A stretch of DNA of 64,000 nt from an uncultured cyanobacterium (GCA_963765575.1 CAVXWZ010000002.1:64001-128000), one strand, 5' to 3'; positions 9,807 to 20,394 are shown, counted from the stretch's first letter. Numbers and translations: made by a program. Notes: generated by a model not told the origin, from the letters alone.

Positions 9807-10052
9807 TCAGCCGGGGATGAACGTGCGCAGGCGGCGGGCTTCGAGGCCGGCACGCTGCTGCAGCTCCACGTCGCTCAGCTGGGCCTCCTCCCGCTGCTGG
9901 GCGGCGAGCACATCACGCTCCTCGAGGGGGAACCCCTCCTGGCGCGCCAGCTGCAGGAAGGCCTCCAGGTCGAGCGGCTGCTGCAGGCGCTCCTGCAGGG
10001 GAGCTGAGCAGCGGGCGTGGAGCAGGAAGGCATCCAGGTGCTCAAGGCTCAC
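9807..10052 (-). CDS. Nif11-like leader peptide family protein
   Basis: GTG start, (M)SLEHLDAFL...LQERL...FLQLARQEGF...LSDVEL pattern. Confidence 0.7.
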   Translation of the reverse strand: MSLEHLDAFLLHARCSAPLQERLQQPLDLEAFLQLARQEGFPLEERDVLAAQQREEAQLSDVELQQRAGLEARRLRTFIPG

Positions 10053-10107
10053 GGGAGGGGATCCAGGTGACCTCCGTACTAGCCCAACCTGGGGCCCATC
10101 GGCGAAT

Positions 10108-10893
10108 TCAGGCGCCAGGCGGGCCATCGGAGTCCTTCCCGGCGGCGTTGCCTGCGGCATAGCGCCCGATCAGCAATCCCATCACCACGGCGATGTAGAT
10201 CGGGCCGATCACGCTGAAAGCCACGGCACTCATCTGGGAGAGCGGCGTGGTGGCCAGCACGTCACCGAAGCCCACCGTGCTCAGGCAAACGAAGGCGAAG
10301 TAGTTGAGGAGGGTGAAATCCAGCCGCTTCACCAGGGCGCTGGACTGGCTGATCGGGCCGGTGTGGAACAGCGGCGATTCGGGATGGTGCAGGCTGATGA
10401 AACTATCTGGCTGGATCGTCTCCAGCCCCGTGAACAGCAGACCGGCGGTGAGGCCCAGCAGCAGATAGCCCGAGATGGCCCCCATCAGCACCTGTCCGTT
10501 CACCTGCTGTTCCTCGGCGAGAAATCCCACCAGACGCAGCACGCTCCAGCCTGCGAACAGGGTGGTGAGCACGAGCATGGGCCAGCCGCTTTCACGGTGC
10601 CCCAAGGGGGTCAGGAACCAGAACCACTGGGCCAGCAGAGCCGCCAGGCCGAGCAGCCGAAAAGGACGATCCAGGGGATTGCGCTTGCCGCCATGACGAA
10701 TCGAACCCTCCAGTTCCACCATCAGCAACAGGGTGGCCAGGCTGTAGCCGATCTCGACCGGGGTATGGAGGGTCCTGGGCAGGGCCAGGGAGACCATCAC
10801 GAACACGGTCACCAGCAGCAGGTGCCGGTAGAAGCGATGACGGCGCCAAAGGCGTGACTCGCTGGAATGGCTGGCGCGGAAAGGAAAGCGCAA
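10108..10893 (-). CDS. Potassium channel family protein; start uncertain (TTG at 10893)
   Basis: TM helices, GAISGYLLLG, YFAFVCLSTVGFGD selectivity filter. Confidence 0.85.
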   Translation of the reverse strand: MRFPFRASHSSESRLWRRHRFYRHLLLVTVFVMVSLALPRTLHTPVEIGYSLATLLLMVELEGSIRHGGKRNPLDRPFRLLGLAALLAQWFWFLTPLGHRESGWPMLVLTTLFAGWSVLRLVGFLAEEQQVNGQVLMGAISGYLLLGLTAGLLFTGLETIQPDSFISLHHPESPLFHTGPISQSSALVKRLDFTLLNYFAFVCLSTVGFGDVLATTPLSQMSAVAFSVIGPIYIAVVMGLLIGRYAAGNAAGKDSDGPPGA

Positions 10894-10979
10894 GGGAATC
10901 AGCGGAGCTGGCGAAGAGAGGTGATCAGGCAGGGATCCAGTGCTGCATTGTGACGAAGGCCAGGAGCTGAGCCAGCCCT

Positions 10980-11612
10980 TCAGCCGAAGAAGGAGAGCTG
11001 CTCCCTGGAGCGTGGCGGCGGGACCGCCTCCCAGCCACTGGGATCCCAGCCACTGAGCAGGGGTTGGAGAGCCCGCAGGCCGGCCCCGTCGGCGGCAGCC
11101 AGCCACTGGCTTTCAGCCCCCTCCGGGATCACCACCGGCATGCGCCCGTGGATGGGGGCGATCAGGGCATTGGGCTGGGTGGTGAGCACACAGCAGCTGT
11201 CCAGCTGCTCGCCATCGGCCCCCAGCCAGCGCTCCCACAGCCCCCCCAGCCAGAACGGCAGCCCGTCGCGGCGGGCAACGCGCCAGCCGCTCTCAACGAA
11301 GGCATCGGCGGGGATCAGGCAGCGCCGGTGGCGCCAGGGGCCGCGGAAACTCGGCTTCGCCGCCACCGTCTCACTGCGGGCGTTGATCGGCCGCGGCGAT
11401 CCCCGCGGATCGCGCACCCAGGCGGGCAACAGCCCCCAGAGCGCCAGATCCACCCGCGGCTGCTCCTGCTCCAGACGCTGGATCAGCAGCGGCTCGCCGG
11501 GCCGGATCAGGGGCCGGGGGGCGTAGTGCCGCTCCAGGCCCGCGGGCAGGGGCCCCCGCAGCCGGGGCAGGAGAGCATCAAGGCGGCTGGTGAGGGAGTA
11601 GCGACCACACAT
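10980..11612 (-). CDS. SOS response-associated peptidase (SRAP; YedK/HMCES-like)
   Basis: N-terminal MCGRY (Cys2), WGLLPAW, INARSETV, RRCLIPADAFVE, IHGRMPV. Confidence 0.9.
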   Translation of the reverse strand: MCGRYSLTSRLDALLPRLRGPLPAGLERHYAPRPLIRPGEPLLIQRLEQEQPRVDLALWGLLPAWVRDPRGSPRPINARSETVAAKPSFRGPWRHRRCLIPADAFVESGWRVARRDGLPFWLGGLWERWLGADGEQLDSCCVLTTQPNALIAPIHGRMPVVIPEGAESQWLAAADGAGLRALQPLLSGWDPSGWEAVPPPRSREQLSFFG

Positions 11613-11787
11613 CGCCCCGGTGCTCCTGCGCCCCTGCGGGCCAACGGCTGCGGGGCAGTCTGGCGCGGTTGCCGGGCCCCAGGCAGGCGACCTCAGGGGC
11701 AGGTTGGGCGATTCGGTTCTCCCACCCCCGCAGTGGATCGTCAGACTCGGCTCAGGCCTAGTTTGGGTCGAGTCTTCCGTCCGCGCC

Positions 11788-13671
11788 ATGCCCATCCGCC
11801 AGGACGACAACCGCCCGACGCGCCGCTTCGGTGTGATCAACCTGTTACTGATCGGCTTCGGTGTGCTGTTGCTGGTCAGCAATTTCCTACCCAACAACGC
11901 CACCCAGGTGCCGCGGGTTCCCTACTCACTATTCATCGATCAGGTGAACGACGACGACGTCAAGCGCGCCTTCATCACCCAGGATCAGATCCGCTACGAG
12001 CTCAAGGAGGCCCCGGCCGAAGGCGCTCCCATGGTGCTCGCCACCACGCCGATCTTCGACATGGATCTGCCCCAGCGGCTGGAGCAGCACGGGGTGGAGT
12101 TCGCCGCCGCACCACCGCAGAAACCCAATATCTTCACCACCCTGCTGAGCTGGGTGGTGCCGCCGCTGATCTTCATCCTTGTGCTGCAGTTCTTCGCCCG
12201 CCGCGGCGGCATGGGTGGCGGCGCCCAGGGGGCTCTGAGCTTCACCAAGAGCAAGGCCAAGGTCTACGTGCCCGACGAGGAATCGCGGGTCACCTTCGCC
12301 GATGTGGCCGGCGTGGATGAGGCCAAGGCCGAGCTCACCGAAATCGTGGATTTCCTCAAGAAGCCCGAGCGCTACACCGCCATCGGTGCCCGCATCCCCA
12401 AGGGCGTGCTGCTGGTGGGCCCTCCAGGCACCGGTAAGACCCTGCTCTCCAAAGCGGTGGCCGGTGAGGCCGAGGTGCCGTTCTTCATCATCTCCGGCTC
12501 AGAATTCGTGGAGCTGTTCGTGGGCGCCGGCGCCGCCCGGGTGAGGGATCTGTTCGAAGAGGCCAAGAAGAAGGCCCCCTGCATCATCTTTATCGACGAA
12601 CTTGACGCCATCGGCAAGAGCCGCTCCGGCTCAATGGGAGTGGTGGGCGGCAACGACGAGCGCGAGCAGACCCTCAACCAGCTGCTCACCGAGATGGATG
12701 GCTTCGCCGCCCAGGACAAGCCGGTGATCGTGCTGGCCGCCACCAACCAGCCCGACACCCTCGATGCCGCCCTGCTGCGTCCAGGCCGTTTCGACCGCCA
12801 GGTGCTGGTCGACCGCCCCGACCTCTCGGGCCGCCGCACCATCCTGGACATCTACGCCAAGAAGGTGAAGCTGGCCGAAGGGGTGGACCTCGATCGCATC
12901 GCCCAGGCCACCGCCGGCTTCGCCGGGGCCGACCTGGCCAACCTGGTCAACGAGGGGGCCCTGCTGGCGGCCCGCAACATGCGCACCGCCGTGGAGCAGG
13001 GCGACCTCAACGAGGCGATCGAGCGCGTGGTGGCCGGCCTGGAGAAAAAGAGCCGGGTGCTGCAAGCCGACGAGAAGAAGGTGGTGGCCTATCACGAGGT
13101 GGGCCACGCGATCGTGGGGCACCTGATGCCCGGCGGCAGCAAGGTGGCCAAGATCTCGATCGTGCCCCGGGGCATGAGCGCCCTCGGCTACACCCTGCAG
13201 CTGCCCACCGAAGAGCGTTTCCTCAACTCCAAGGAGGATCTCGAGGGTCAGATCACCACCCTGCTCGGGGGCCGCAGCGCTGAAGAGGTGGTGTTCGGGG
13301 AGGTCACCACCGGCGCCGCCAACGACCTGCAGCGCGCCACCGACATCGCCGAACAGATGGTGGGCACCTACGGCATGAGCGAGACCCTCGGCCCCCTGGC
13401 CTACGACAAGCAGGGCGGCAGCCGCTTCCTGGGGGGCCCCAGCAACCCCCGCCGCGTGGTCAGCGACTCCACCGCCCAGGCGATCGACAAGGAGGTGCGG
13501 GGCCTGGTGGACCGGGCCCATGACCGGGCTGTGGCGATCCTGGGCCACAACCGCGACCTGCTCGAGACGATCTCCCAGAAAATCCTCGACAAGGAGGTGA
13601 TCGAGGGCGACGAACTGCGCGACCTGCTGGCCAGCAGCACCCTGCCCCAGGAGGCAGCGCTGGCGGCCTGA
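11788..13671 (+). CDS. ftsH: ATP-dependent zinc metalloprotease FtsH (FtsH4-like)
   Basis: Two TM segments, Walker A GPPGTGKT, Walker [25 protein letters not shown] zinc motif. Confidence 0.95.
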   Translation: MPIRQDDNRPTRRFGVINLLLIGFGVLLLVSNFLPNNATQVPRVPYSLFIDQVNDDDVKRAFITQDQIRYELKEAPAEGAPMVLATTPIFDMDLPQRLEQHGVEFAAAPPQKPNIFTTLLSWVVPPLIFILVLQFFARRGGMGGGAQGALSFTKSKAKVYVPDEESRVTFADVAGVDEAKAELTEIVDFLKKPERYTAIGARIPKGVLLVGPPGTGKTLLSKAVAGEAEVPFFIISGSEFVELFVGAGAARVRDLFEEAKKKAPCIIFIDELDAIGKSRSGSMGVVGGNDEREQTLNQLLTEMDGFAAQDKPVIVLAATNQPDTLDAALLRPGRFDRQVLVDRPDLSGRRTILDIYAKKVKLAEGVDLDRIAQATAGFAGADLANLVNEGALLAARNMRTAVEQGDLNEAIERVVAGLEKKSRVLQADEKKVVAYHEVGHAIVGHLMPGGSKVAKISIVPRGMSALGYTLQLPTEERFLNSKEDLEGQITTLLGGRSAEEVVFGEVTTGAANDLQRATDIAEQMVGTYGMSETLGPLAYDKQGGSRFLGGPSNPRRVVSDSTAQAIDKEVRGLVDRAHDRAVAILGHNRDLLETISQKILDKEVIEGDELRDLLASSTLPQEAALAA

Positions 13672-13748
13672 GCAGCCTCGGCCCACCGGGCTCGATGCTT
13701 GACGTTGGGCCCCTCGATCGCGCATAAGTGTTGTTTGCCGTGGCCTCG

Positions 13749-14714
<966 letters not shown>

Positions 14715-14771
14715 GCGGCAGCTGAGCGGCAGGCGGCCGAGCGGCGGGGCTGGACAAAGCGCCCACCAGGG

Positions 14772-14785
14772 GGTACATCTGTATC
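14772..14785. promoter_or_regulatory. Putative cyanobacterial LexA (SOS) box upstream of lexA
   Basis: GGTACATCTGTATC, one mismatch to the RGTAC-NNN-DGTWCB consensus, immediately 5' of lexA. Confidence 0.7.
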
Positions 14786-14786
14786 A

Positions 14787-15443
14787 GTGTTGGTGTTCCT
14801 GCAGGCCGTGGTGATCTCCCCTTTCCGATCCCGCTCCGGGCGCCAGGAGCTCACCGCGGCCCAGCAGGAGCTTTATGACTGGCTGGCCGACTACATCGGC
14901 CAGCACCGCCACAGCCCCTCGATCCGCCAGATGATGCAGGCGATGGGGCTGCGCTCTCCGGCGCCGGTCCAGAGCCGGCTGCGCCACCTGCAGCAGAAGG
15001 GCTGGCTCACCTGGGAGGAGGGTCAGGCCCGCACCCTGCAGCTGCTCGGCCAGGAGGCCGCCGGCGTGCCCGTGCTGGGGGCGGTGGCGGCCGGCGGCCT
15101 GGTGGAAACCTTCGACGACGTGCAGGAGCATCTCGATCTGCAGGCGCTGATGGGCGGCCGCGAGCTCTTCGCCCTCAGCGTCAACGGCGACTCGATGGAG
15201 GGCGCCCACATCGCCGATGGCGATCTGGTGCTGATGGAACCGGTCCACGACCCGGCGCGGCTGCGCCCCGGCACGATCGTGAGCGCCCTGGTGCCCGGCA
15301 GCGGCACCACCTTGAAGCACTTCCATCGCCAGGGGAACACCGTGACCCTGGAGGCCGCCAACCCGGCCTACGCCCCGATCGTGGTGCCGGCCGACCAGGT
15401 GACGGTGCAGGGCCGGCTGGTGGCGGTGTGGCGCCAGCTGTGA
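14787..15443 (+). CDS. lexA: LexA repressor (start may be a downstream GTG)
   Basis: LTAAQQEL, SPSIRQM HTH, Ala-Gly site VAAGG, catalytic GDSM and TLKH. Confidence 0.95.
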   Translation: MLVFLQAVVISPFRSRSGRQELTAAQQELYDWLADYIGQHRHSPSIRQMMQAMGLRSPAPVQSRLRHLQQKGWLTWEEGQARTLQLLGQEAAGVPVLGAVAAGGLVETFDDVQEHLDLQALMGGRELFALSVNGDSMEGAHIADGDLVLMEPVHDPARLRPGTIVSALVPGSGTTLKHFHRQGNTVTLEAANPAYAPIVVPADQVTVQGRLVAVWRQL

Positions 15444-15496
15444 GGCCCCAGACAGGCCAGGGTGTAATCTCCACAAGCGGAACATCCGCAACAAAT

Positions 15497-15569
15497 GGGG
15501 CCATAGCTCAGCTGGTAGAGCACCTGCATGGCATGCAGGGGGTCAGCGGTTCGAATCCGCTTGGCTCCA
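15497..15569 (+). tRNA. tRNA-Ala(GGC)
   Basis: GGGGCCATAGCTCAGCTGGTAGAGC, anticodon loop ATGGCAT, GGTTCGAATCC, 3' GGCTCCA; 73 nt. Confidence 0.97.
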
Positions 15570-15898
15570 TTCAGAGGTTCAACTCTTCCCACCTGGCAAT
15601 AACGAGCTTCCCCTGCTGTCAGGTGTGGGCTTGACCAGGTCAATAGCACGTTTCAATTACCTCATGATTGGGTCAATCCCTTAATGGCGCGACAGGCCTT
15701 ATAAAGGCACTGCCTGAAGGATTCGGCCACCAAGCTTGAGCGCCTGAGCCCATCAGGCAGTGGCGATGATGTTCAGATGGCTTGCGCTCAGCGCTGGGCA
15801 CCTGTTGAGCACCGAGGCCATCTGAAGTCTTCAGCCTCCGGCTGTCCCAGGGCGAGATGGGCCCTCTCCCCTCTGCGCGCCACGCCGTTCTCCCCAGC

Positions 15899-17416
15899 TC
15901 ATCCAAGCCAGCCCATCCATCTCAGCCGCCAGCGCCAGCCGGCCAGCAGCAGCGCCAGGGCCAGCAGGGGCCCCTCCCGCCAGCGCCCATAGGGGGTGAA
16001 CCCAGTTGCGATCGGCACGCTGAGCAGCTCCTCGGCCGGCACCCAGGCCGGCAGGCGGACCGCCACGCGGCCCGCCGGTGAGATCAGGCCGCTGGGGCCG
16101 GTGTTGGCCACACTCACCAGCCAGCGGCCGGTTTCGATCGCCCGCAGCTGGGCCAGGGCCTCAAACTGGCGCTGCAGCACCAGCGGGTAGGGATCGAGGT
16201 TGGCGCTCGCCAGCAGCCAGCCGGCGCCGTCGGCGGTGGCCCTGGCCAGGGCATGGCCATCGGCGAGCTCGTAGCAGATGGCCACGGCGAGGGCCGCGGG
16301 CTCGCGGGGCAGCAGCCGCGAGGGCGGGCCGGGCTCGATGCCGCCCACCGCTGAAAGCCCGCTCCAGCGCACCAGGCCCTGGAACGGCACCCACTCGCCG
16401 AGCAGCACCACGCGGTGCTTGTCGATCGCCTGGCTGGGCCGCCGCGATCCGGCATCAAAACGCAGCAGGGCACTGCGCTGCGCCTGGCCTGCGCCCGTGC
16501 TGCGGAAGCCGCCGGCCAGCAGCTCCACCGCCGCCGGCTCCCTGAGCAGCGGATCCAGCCCCAGGGCCCCTTCAGGCAGCACCAGCAGGTCCACCTGCCG
16601 GGCCCGGGCCTGCTCCAGGCCCCGGTCCAACTGGCGCTGCAGCCGCCGACGCGAGGCCGGGCTGAACTTCTCTCTGGTGGGGATGGCGGTCTGCAGCACC
16701 AGCACCCGCTCCCGCTCCATCCCGGAATCCGCCGCCGCGGCCGCGGCCGGCTCCAACAGCCCGGCACCGCCGCCGTGCACCAGCAGCAGCACCAGCGCCA
16801 GCCCCAGCACCCGCGCCCCCAGCCGCCGCCGCGCCCGCAGCGCCCACCACAGCCCCCAGCCGATCAGCAGCTGCAGGGCCGCCACCAGGCCCGCCCCGCC
16901 CAGGGTCGCCCAGCCCGCCAGGGCCCGATCCGCCGGCAGGGCCGATCCGCCCACCCCGATCCAGAACAACGGTCCCCGGGCCAGCAGCACCTCCATCAGC
17001 CCCCAGCCCAGGGCCAGCAGCAGCGCACTGCTCAGCCGCCCCGGCTGCAGGCGGGCGGCACACCACCCCCACAGCGCCAGCAGGCCAGCGCCCAGGGCCG
17101 AGAGCAGCAGCAGCAGCAGCCAGCAGAGCGGCAGGCTCAGGGGCGCCGGAACGCCGATCCAGTCGAGGGGGTGCAGGCCCAGCAGCCAGCGGTGGCTCAC
17201 CAGCACCGCCGCGCCTCCCCAGCAGGCCGCCGAGCGGGCTGGCGCCGCAGCCGCCACCAGCGCCCAGAGCAGCGCCAGGGCCAGCCAGAGCAGCGGCACC
17301 AACACCACCGCAGGCAGGGCCAAGCCGGCCACGGACCAGCCCGCCAGGGCGCCGCCCAGCGCGCCGAGCGCCGGGGCCAGGGGCGGTCCCGGGAGCAACG
17401 CGTCGCGGTGGTTCAT
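15899..17416 (-). CDS. lnt: Apolipoprotein N-acyltransferase
   Basis: Hydrophobic N-half; nitrilase-fold triad VLPEGA, DKHRVVLLGEWVP, AICYE; RAIETGR, VANTGPS. Confidence 0.9.
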   Translation of the reverse strand: MNHRDALLPGPPLAPALGALGGALAGWSVAGLALPAVVLVPLLWLALALLWALVAAAAPARSAACWGGAAVLVSHRWLLGLHPLDWIGVPAPLSLPLCWLLLLLLSALGAGLLALWGWCAARLQPGRLSSALLLALGWGLMEVLLARGPLFWIGVGGSALPADRALAGWATLGGAGLVAALQLLIGWGLWWALRARRRLGARVLGLALVLLLVHGGGAGLLEPAAAAAADSGMERERVLVLQTAIPTREKFSPASRRRLQRQLDRGLEQARARQVDLLVLPEGALGLDPLLREPAAVELLAGGFRSTGAGQAQRSALLRFDAGSRRPSQAIDKHRVVLLGEWVPFQGLVRWSGLSAVGGIEPGPPSRLLPREPAALAVAICYELADGHALARATADGAGWLLASANLDPYPLVLQRQFEALAQLRAIETGRWLVSVANTGPSGLISPAGRVAVRLPAWVPAEELLSVPIATGFTPYGRWREGPLLALALLLAGWRWRLRWMGWLG

Positions 17417-17470
17417 GGCCAGTGAGGGTAGGAAGCGCCATGGTTGGCTTGCTTCAGCTCGCTGCTCGCC

Positions 17471-17824
17471 ATGGATCCGAACAACCCCCTGCAACAACTG
17501 CTGCTCCGGGGCCTGGGCACCACCTCCCTGCTGGCCGACCGGCTGCGCTACGTGAGCCAGGAGTGGGTGCGCAGCGGCAAGCTCGATCCCAGCCACGCCC
17601 CCGCCCTGGTCGAAGACGTGCTCAAGGCCCTGCGCGGCAACACGCCGGGCCTTGAGCAGCAGGCCGAGCGGCAGCTGGAGCGCAACCGCGACCAGTTGCT
17701 GCAAGACCTGGGCGTTCCCCTGCAGCGGGAACTCGATGAGCTGCGCGGCCGCATCGATCGGCTGGAGCAGACCCAGCGCCAGCGCGGTCAGGGCGAGTCC
17801 GGCGGCGACGGCGGCGCCAGGTGA
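17471..17824 (+). CDS. Phasin-like / granule-associated coiled-coil protein
   Basis: LLLRGLG...WVRSGKL...LLQDLGVP..ELDELRGRIDRLE. Confidence 0.65.
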   Translation: MDPNNPLQQLLLRGLGTTSLLADRLRYVSQEWVRSGKLDPSHAPALVEDVLKALRGNTPGLEQQAERQLERNRDQLLQDLGVPLQRELDELRGRIDRLEQTQRQRGQGESGGDGGAR

Positions 17825-17853
17825 GTCACAATCGGGCCAATTCGGTGCCGGTC

Positions 17854-18527
17854 ATGCGCGACATTCTCATCAGTTCCTCGGTCTGCGTCGCCTGCCTGCT
17901 GCTGGCCCTGATCAGCCAGCTGGTGAGCCCCACCCCCGTGGCTGCCGCGGGCGACTCCCCAGCTGCGGGCGGGCCTGCGGCGGGCCTGCCTGCGGCCAGC
18001 GTGGCCATGGCCCGCCCCGCCGCCCCGGCGGCAAGCGCCGATCGGGCGGCTTTCGAACTCGATCCCGAAGATCCCAACCCCACCCTCTTCACCATGGCCC
18101 CTGACTCCTCCGAGCCCCCGACCCCTCCGAGCCCTCCCAGCAGATTGCCCAGGCCAGTGCCCTCGGCGGCGAACTGGTCGCCCCCAAGGAGCGCGTCAGC
18201 GACAGCGGCCTGCGCATCACCGACATGGTGGTGGGTGACGGCCCCGAAGCCGCCGCCGGCCAGACCGTGGTGGTGAATTACCGCGGCACCCTGGAAAACG
18301 GCAAGGAATTCGACAGCAGCTACGGCCGCGGCCCCTTCTCCTTCCCCCTCGGCGGCGGCCGCGTGATCAAGGGCTGGGATGAGGGCGTGGCCGGCATGCA
18401 GGTGGGTGGCAAGCGCAAGCTGGTGATCCCCCCCGATCTGGCCTATGGCCAGCGCGGTGCCGGTGGTGTGATTCCCCCCAACGCCACCCTCACCTTCGAG
18501 GTGGAGCTGCTGGAGATCCGCAGCTGA
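17854..18527 (+). CDS. FKBP-type peptidyl-prolyl isomerase with N-terminal signal/TM, split by a 1-nt frameshift near 18115-18119
   Basis: N-part MRDILIS...[13 protein letters not shown]; -1 frame gives ASALGG...[43 protein letters not shown]. Confidence 0.9.
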
Positions 18528-18617
18528 GGGCCGCCCCAGGCGATCCGGACACGGTCGTTAGGATGGCAGTGCCGTTCGGCACAGCCGACGGCAACATCCA
18601 GCAATACACCGTGTTTC

Positions 18618-19217
18618 ATGGCTCACACGCTCCCCGCCCTGCCCTACAACCTCGACGCGCTGGAGCCGCATATCTCCCGCCAGACCCTGGAGTTCCACCA
18701 CGGCAAGCACCACAACGCCTACGTCACCAACCTGAACAAGCTGGTTGCGGGAACTGACCTCGAGGGCAAGAGCCTGGCCGACACCGTCACCGCCGTGGCC
18801 GGTGACAGCAGCAAGGCCGGCGTGTTCAACAACGCCGCCCAGGTCTGGAACCACAGCTTCTACTGGCAGTGCATGAAGCCCGGCGGTGGCGGCCAGCCCA
18901 CGGGCGCCCTGGCCGACAAGATCAATGCCGATTTCGGCAGCTTCGAGGCCTTCGTGGAGCAGTTCAAGGCGGCCGGCGCCACCCAGTTCGGCAGCGGCTG
19001 GGCCTGGCTGGTGCTTGATGGCGGCAGCCTCAAGATCACCAAGACCGCCAACGCCGACCTGCCCCTGGCCCACGGCCAGACGGCCCTGCTCACCATGGAC
19101 GTGTGGGAGCACGCCTACTACATCGACTACCAGAACCGCCGCCCCGATTACATCACCACCTACCTCGAGAAGCTGGTGAACTGGGACTTCGTGGCCGCCA
19201 ACCTGGCCGCCGCCTGA
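18618..19217 (+). CDS. sodB: Iron superoxide dismutase
   Basis: HHGKHH, FNNAAQVWNH (Fe-type AAQ), QFGSGWAW, DVWEHAYY. Confidence 0.95.
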   Translation: MAHTLPALPYNLDALEPHISRQTLEFHHGKHHNAYVTNLNKLVAGTDLEGKSLADTVTAVAGDSSKAGVFNNAAQVWNHSFYWQCMKPGGGGQPTGALADKINADFGSFEAFVEQFKAAGATQFGSGWAWLVLDGGSLKITKTANADLPLAHGQTALLTMDVWEHAYYIDYQNRRPDYITTYLEKLVNWDFVAANLAAA

Positions 19218-19239
19218 AGCCCCGGTTCCACCCGGCCCT

Positions 19240-19267
19240 GGCCCCTGGTTCAACCGGGGGCCTTTTT
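19240..19267 (+). terminator. Rho-independent terminator after sodB
   Basis: GGCCCCTGGT-TCA-ACCGGGGGCC stem followed by TTTTT. Confidence 0.8.
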
Positions 19268-20394
19268 CATGGCTGGGGCCTGATCTCCTCCAGCACCGCC
19301 TCTGGGGCGATCCACATGGCATCGCCATAGGAAAAAAACCGGTACTGGCGTTCGATCGCCTCGGCGTAGAGGGCCAACAGGCGCTCGCGGCCCACCAGGG
19401 CTGCCACCAGCAGCAGCAGGGAACTTCTGGGCAGGTGGAAGTTGGTGAGCAGGCCCTGCACCACCGCGAAGCGGTAGCCCGGCTGGATCACCAGGTTCAC
19501 CGGGCCCGTGTGCGGCGCCAGTTGACCGCCGTTCAGCTGGGCCACCGCCTCCAGGCTGCGCACGCTGGTGGTGCCGATGGCGATCACCCGGCCGCCCCGC
19601 GCGCGGCAGGCGGCCACCGCCGCCACCAGCTGGGGGCTCACCTCCACCCACTCGCTGTGCAGCTGCAACTGGCTGAGGTCTTCGCTCTCCACCGGCCGGA
19701 AGGTGCCCAGGCCCACATGCAGGGTGGTGGTGGCCAGCTCCACGCCGCGCTCGCCGAGCGCCGCCAGCAGCTCATCGCTGAGGTGCAGGCCGGCGGTGGG
19801 TGCGGCCACGGCGCCGGGGCGGGCGGCGTAGCGGGTCTGGTAGCGGTCGTTGTCGGCCGGGTCGTGCGTGTGGATGTACGGCGGCAGGGGAATGGCGCCG
19901 TAGCTCACCAGCAACGGCTCAAGGGTCGCCGCATCGCCGCACTCACGCGGAAACTGCACGATCCGGCCGCCGCTCTCGGGGTCGCTGCCCAGCACCTGCA
20001 CGCTCAGCGCTGGCTGCCCCTCGGCCACCAGCTCGATCCAGTCGCCGGGCCTGAGCTTCTTGGCCGGTTTCGCCAGGCACAGCCATTGACCCGCCTGCGA
20101 CTGCCAGGGCTCCAGCACCAGCAGCTCCACGGCCCCACCACTGGACCGGCGCCCCTGGAGCCGGGCCCGCAGCACCCGCGTGTCGTTCACCACCAGCAGG
20201 TCGCCAGGCCTGAGCTCGTGCTGCAGGTCCCACACCGTCAGGTGGCGGGCCTGGGGGGCCGGACCCACGCCCACGGCATCCACCGCCAGCAGCCGGGCGG
20301 CGTGGCGGGGCTCCAGCGGCCGCTGGGCGATGCGCTGCTCGGGCAGCTCGAAGCTGTAACTGGACAGCCGCAGATCGGCTGGATCAGAGCGCAA
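19267..20394 (-). CDS. queA: S-adenosylmethionine:tRNA ribosyltransferase-isomerase
   Basis: [56 protein letters not shown]. Confidence 0.97.
   Translation of the reverse strand: MRSDPADLRLSSYSFELPEQRIAQRPLEPRHAARLLAVDAVGVGPAPQARHLTVWDLQHELRPGDLLVVNDTRVLRARLQGRRSSGGAVELLVLEPWQSQAGQWLCLAKPAKKLRPGDWIELVAEGQPALSVQVLGSDPESGGRIVQFPRECGDAATLEPLLVSYGAIPLPPYIHTHDPADNDRYQTRYAARPGAVAAPTAGLHLSDELLAALGERGVELATTTLHVGLGTFRPVESEDLSQLQLHSEWVEVSPQLVAAVAACRARGGRVIAIGTTSVRSLEAVAQLNGGQLAPHTGPVNLVIQPGYRFAVVQGLLTNFHLPRSSLLLLVAALVGRERLLALYAEAIERQYRFFSYGDAMWIAPEAVLEEIRPQP

Noticed and set aside
15497..15898. Integrated element at tRNA-Ala(GGC)
   Set aside because: Only ~330 nt to the next core gene; no integrase and no duplicated tRNA 3' end seen
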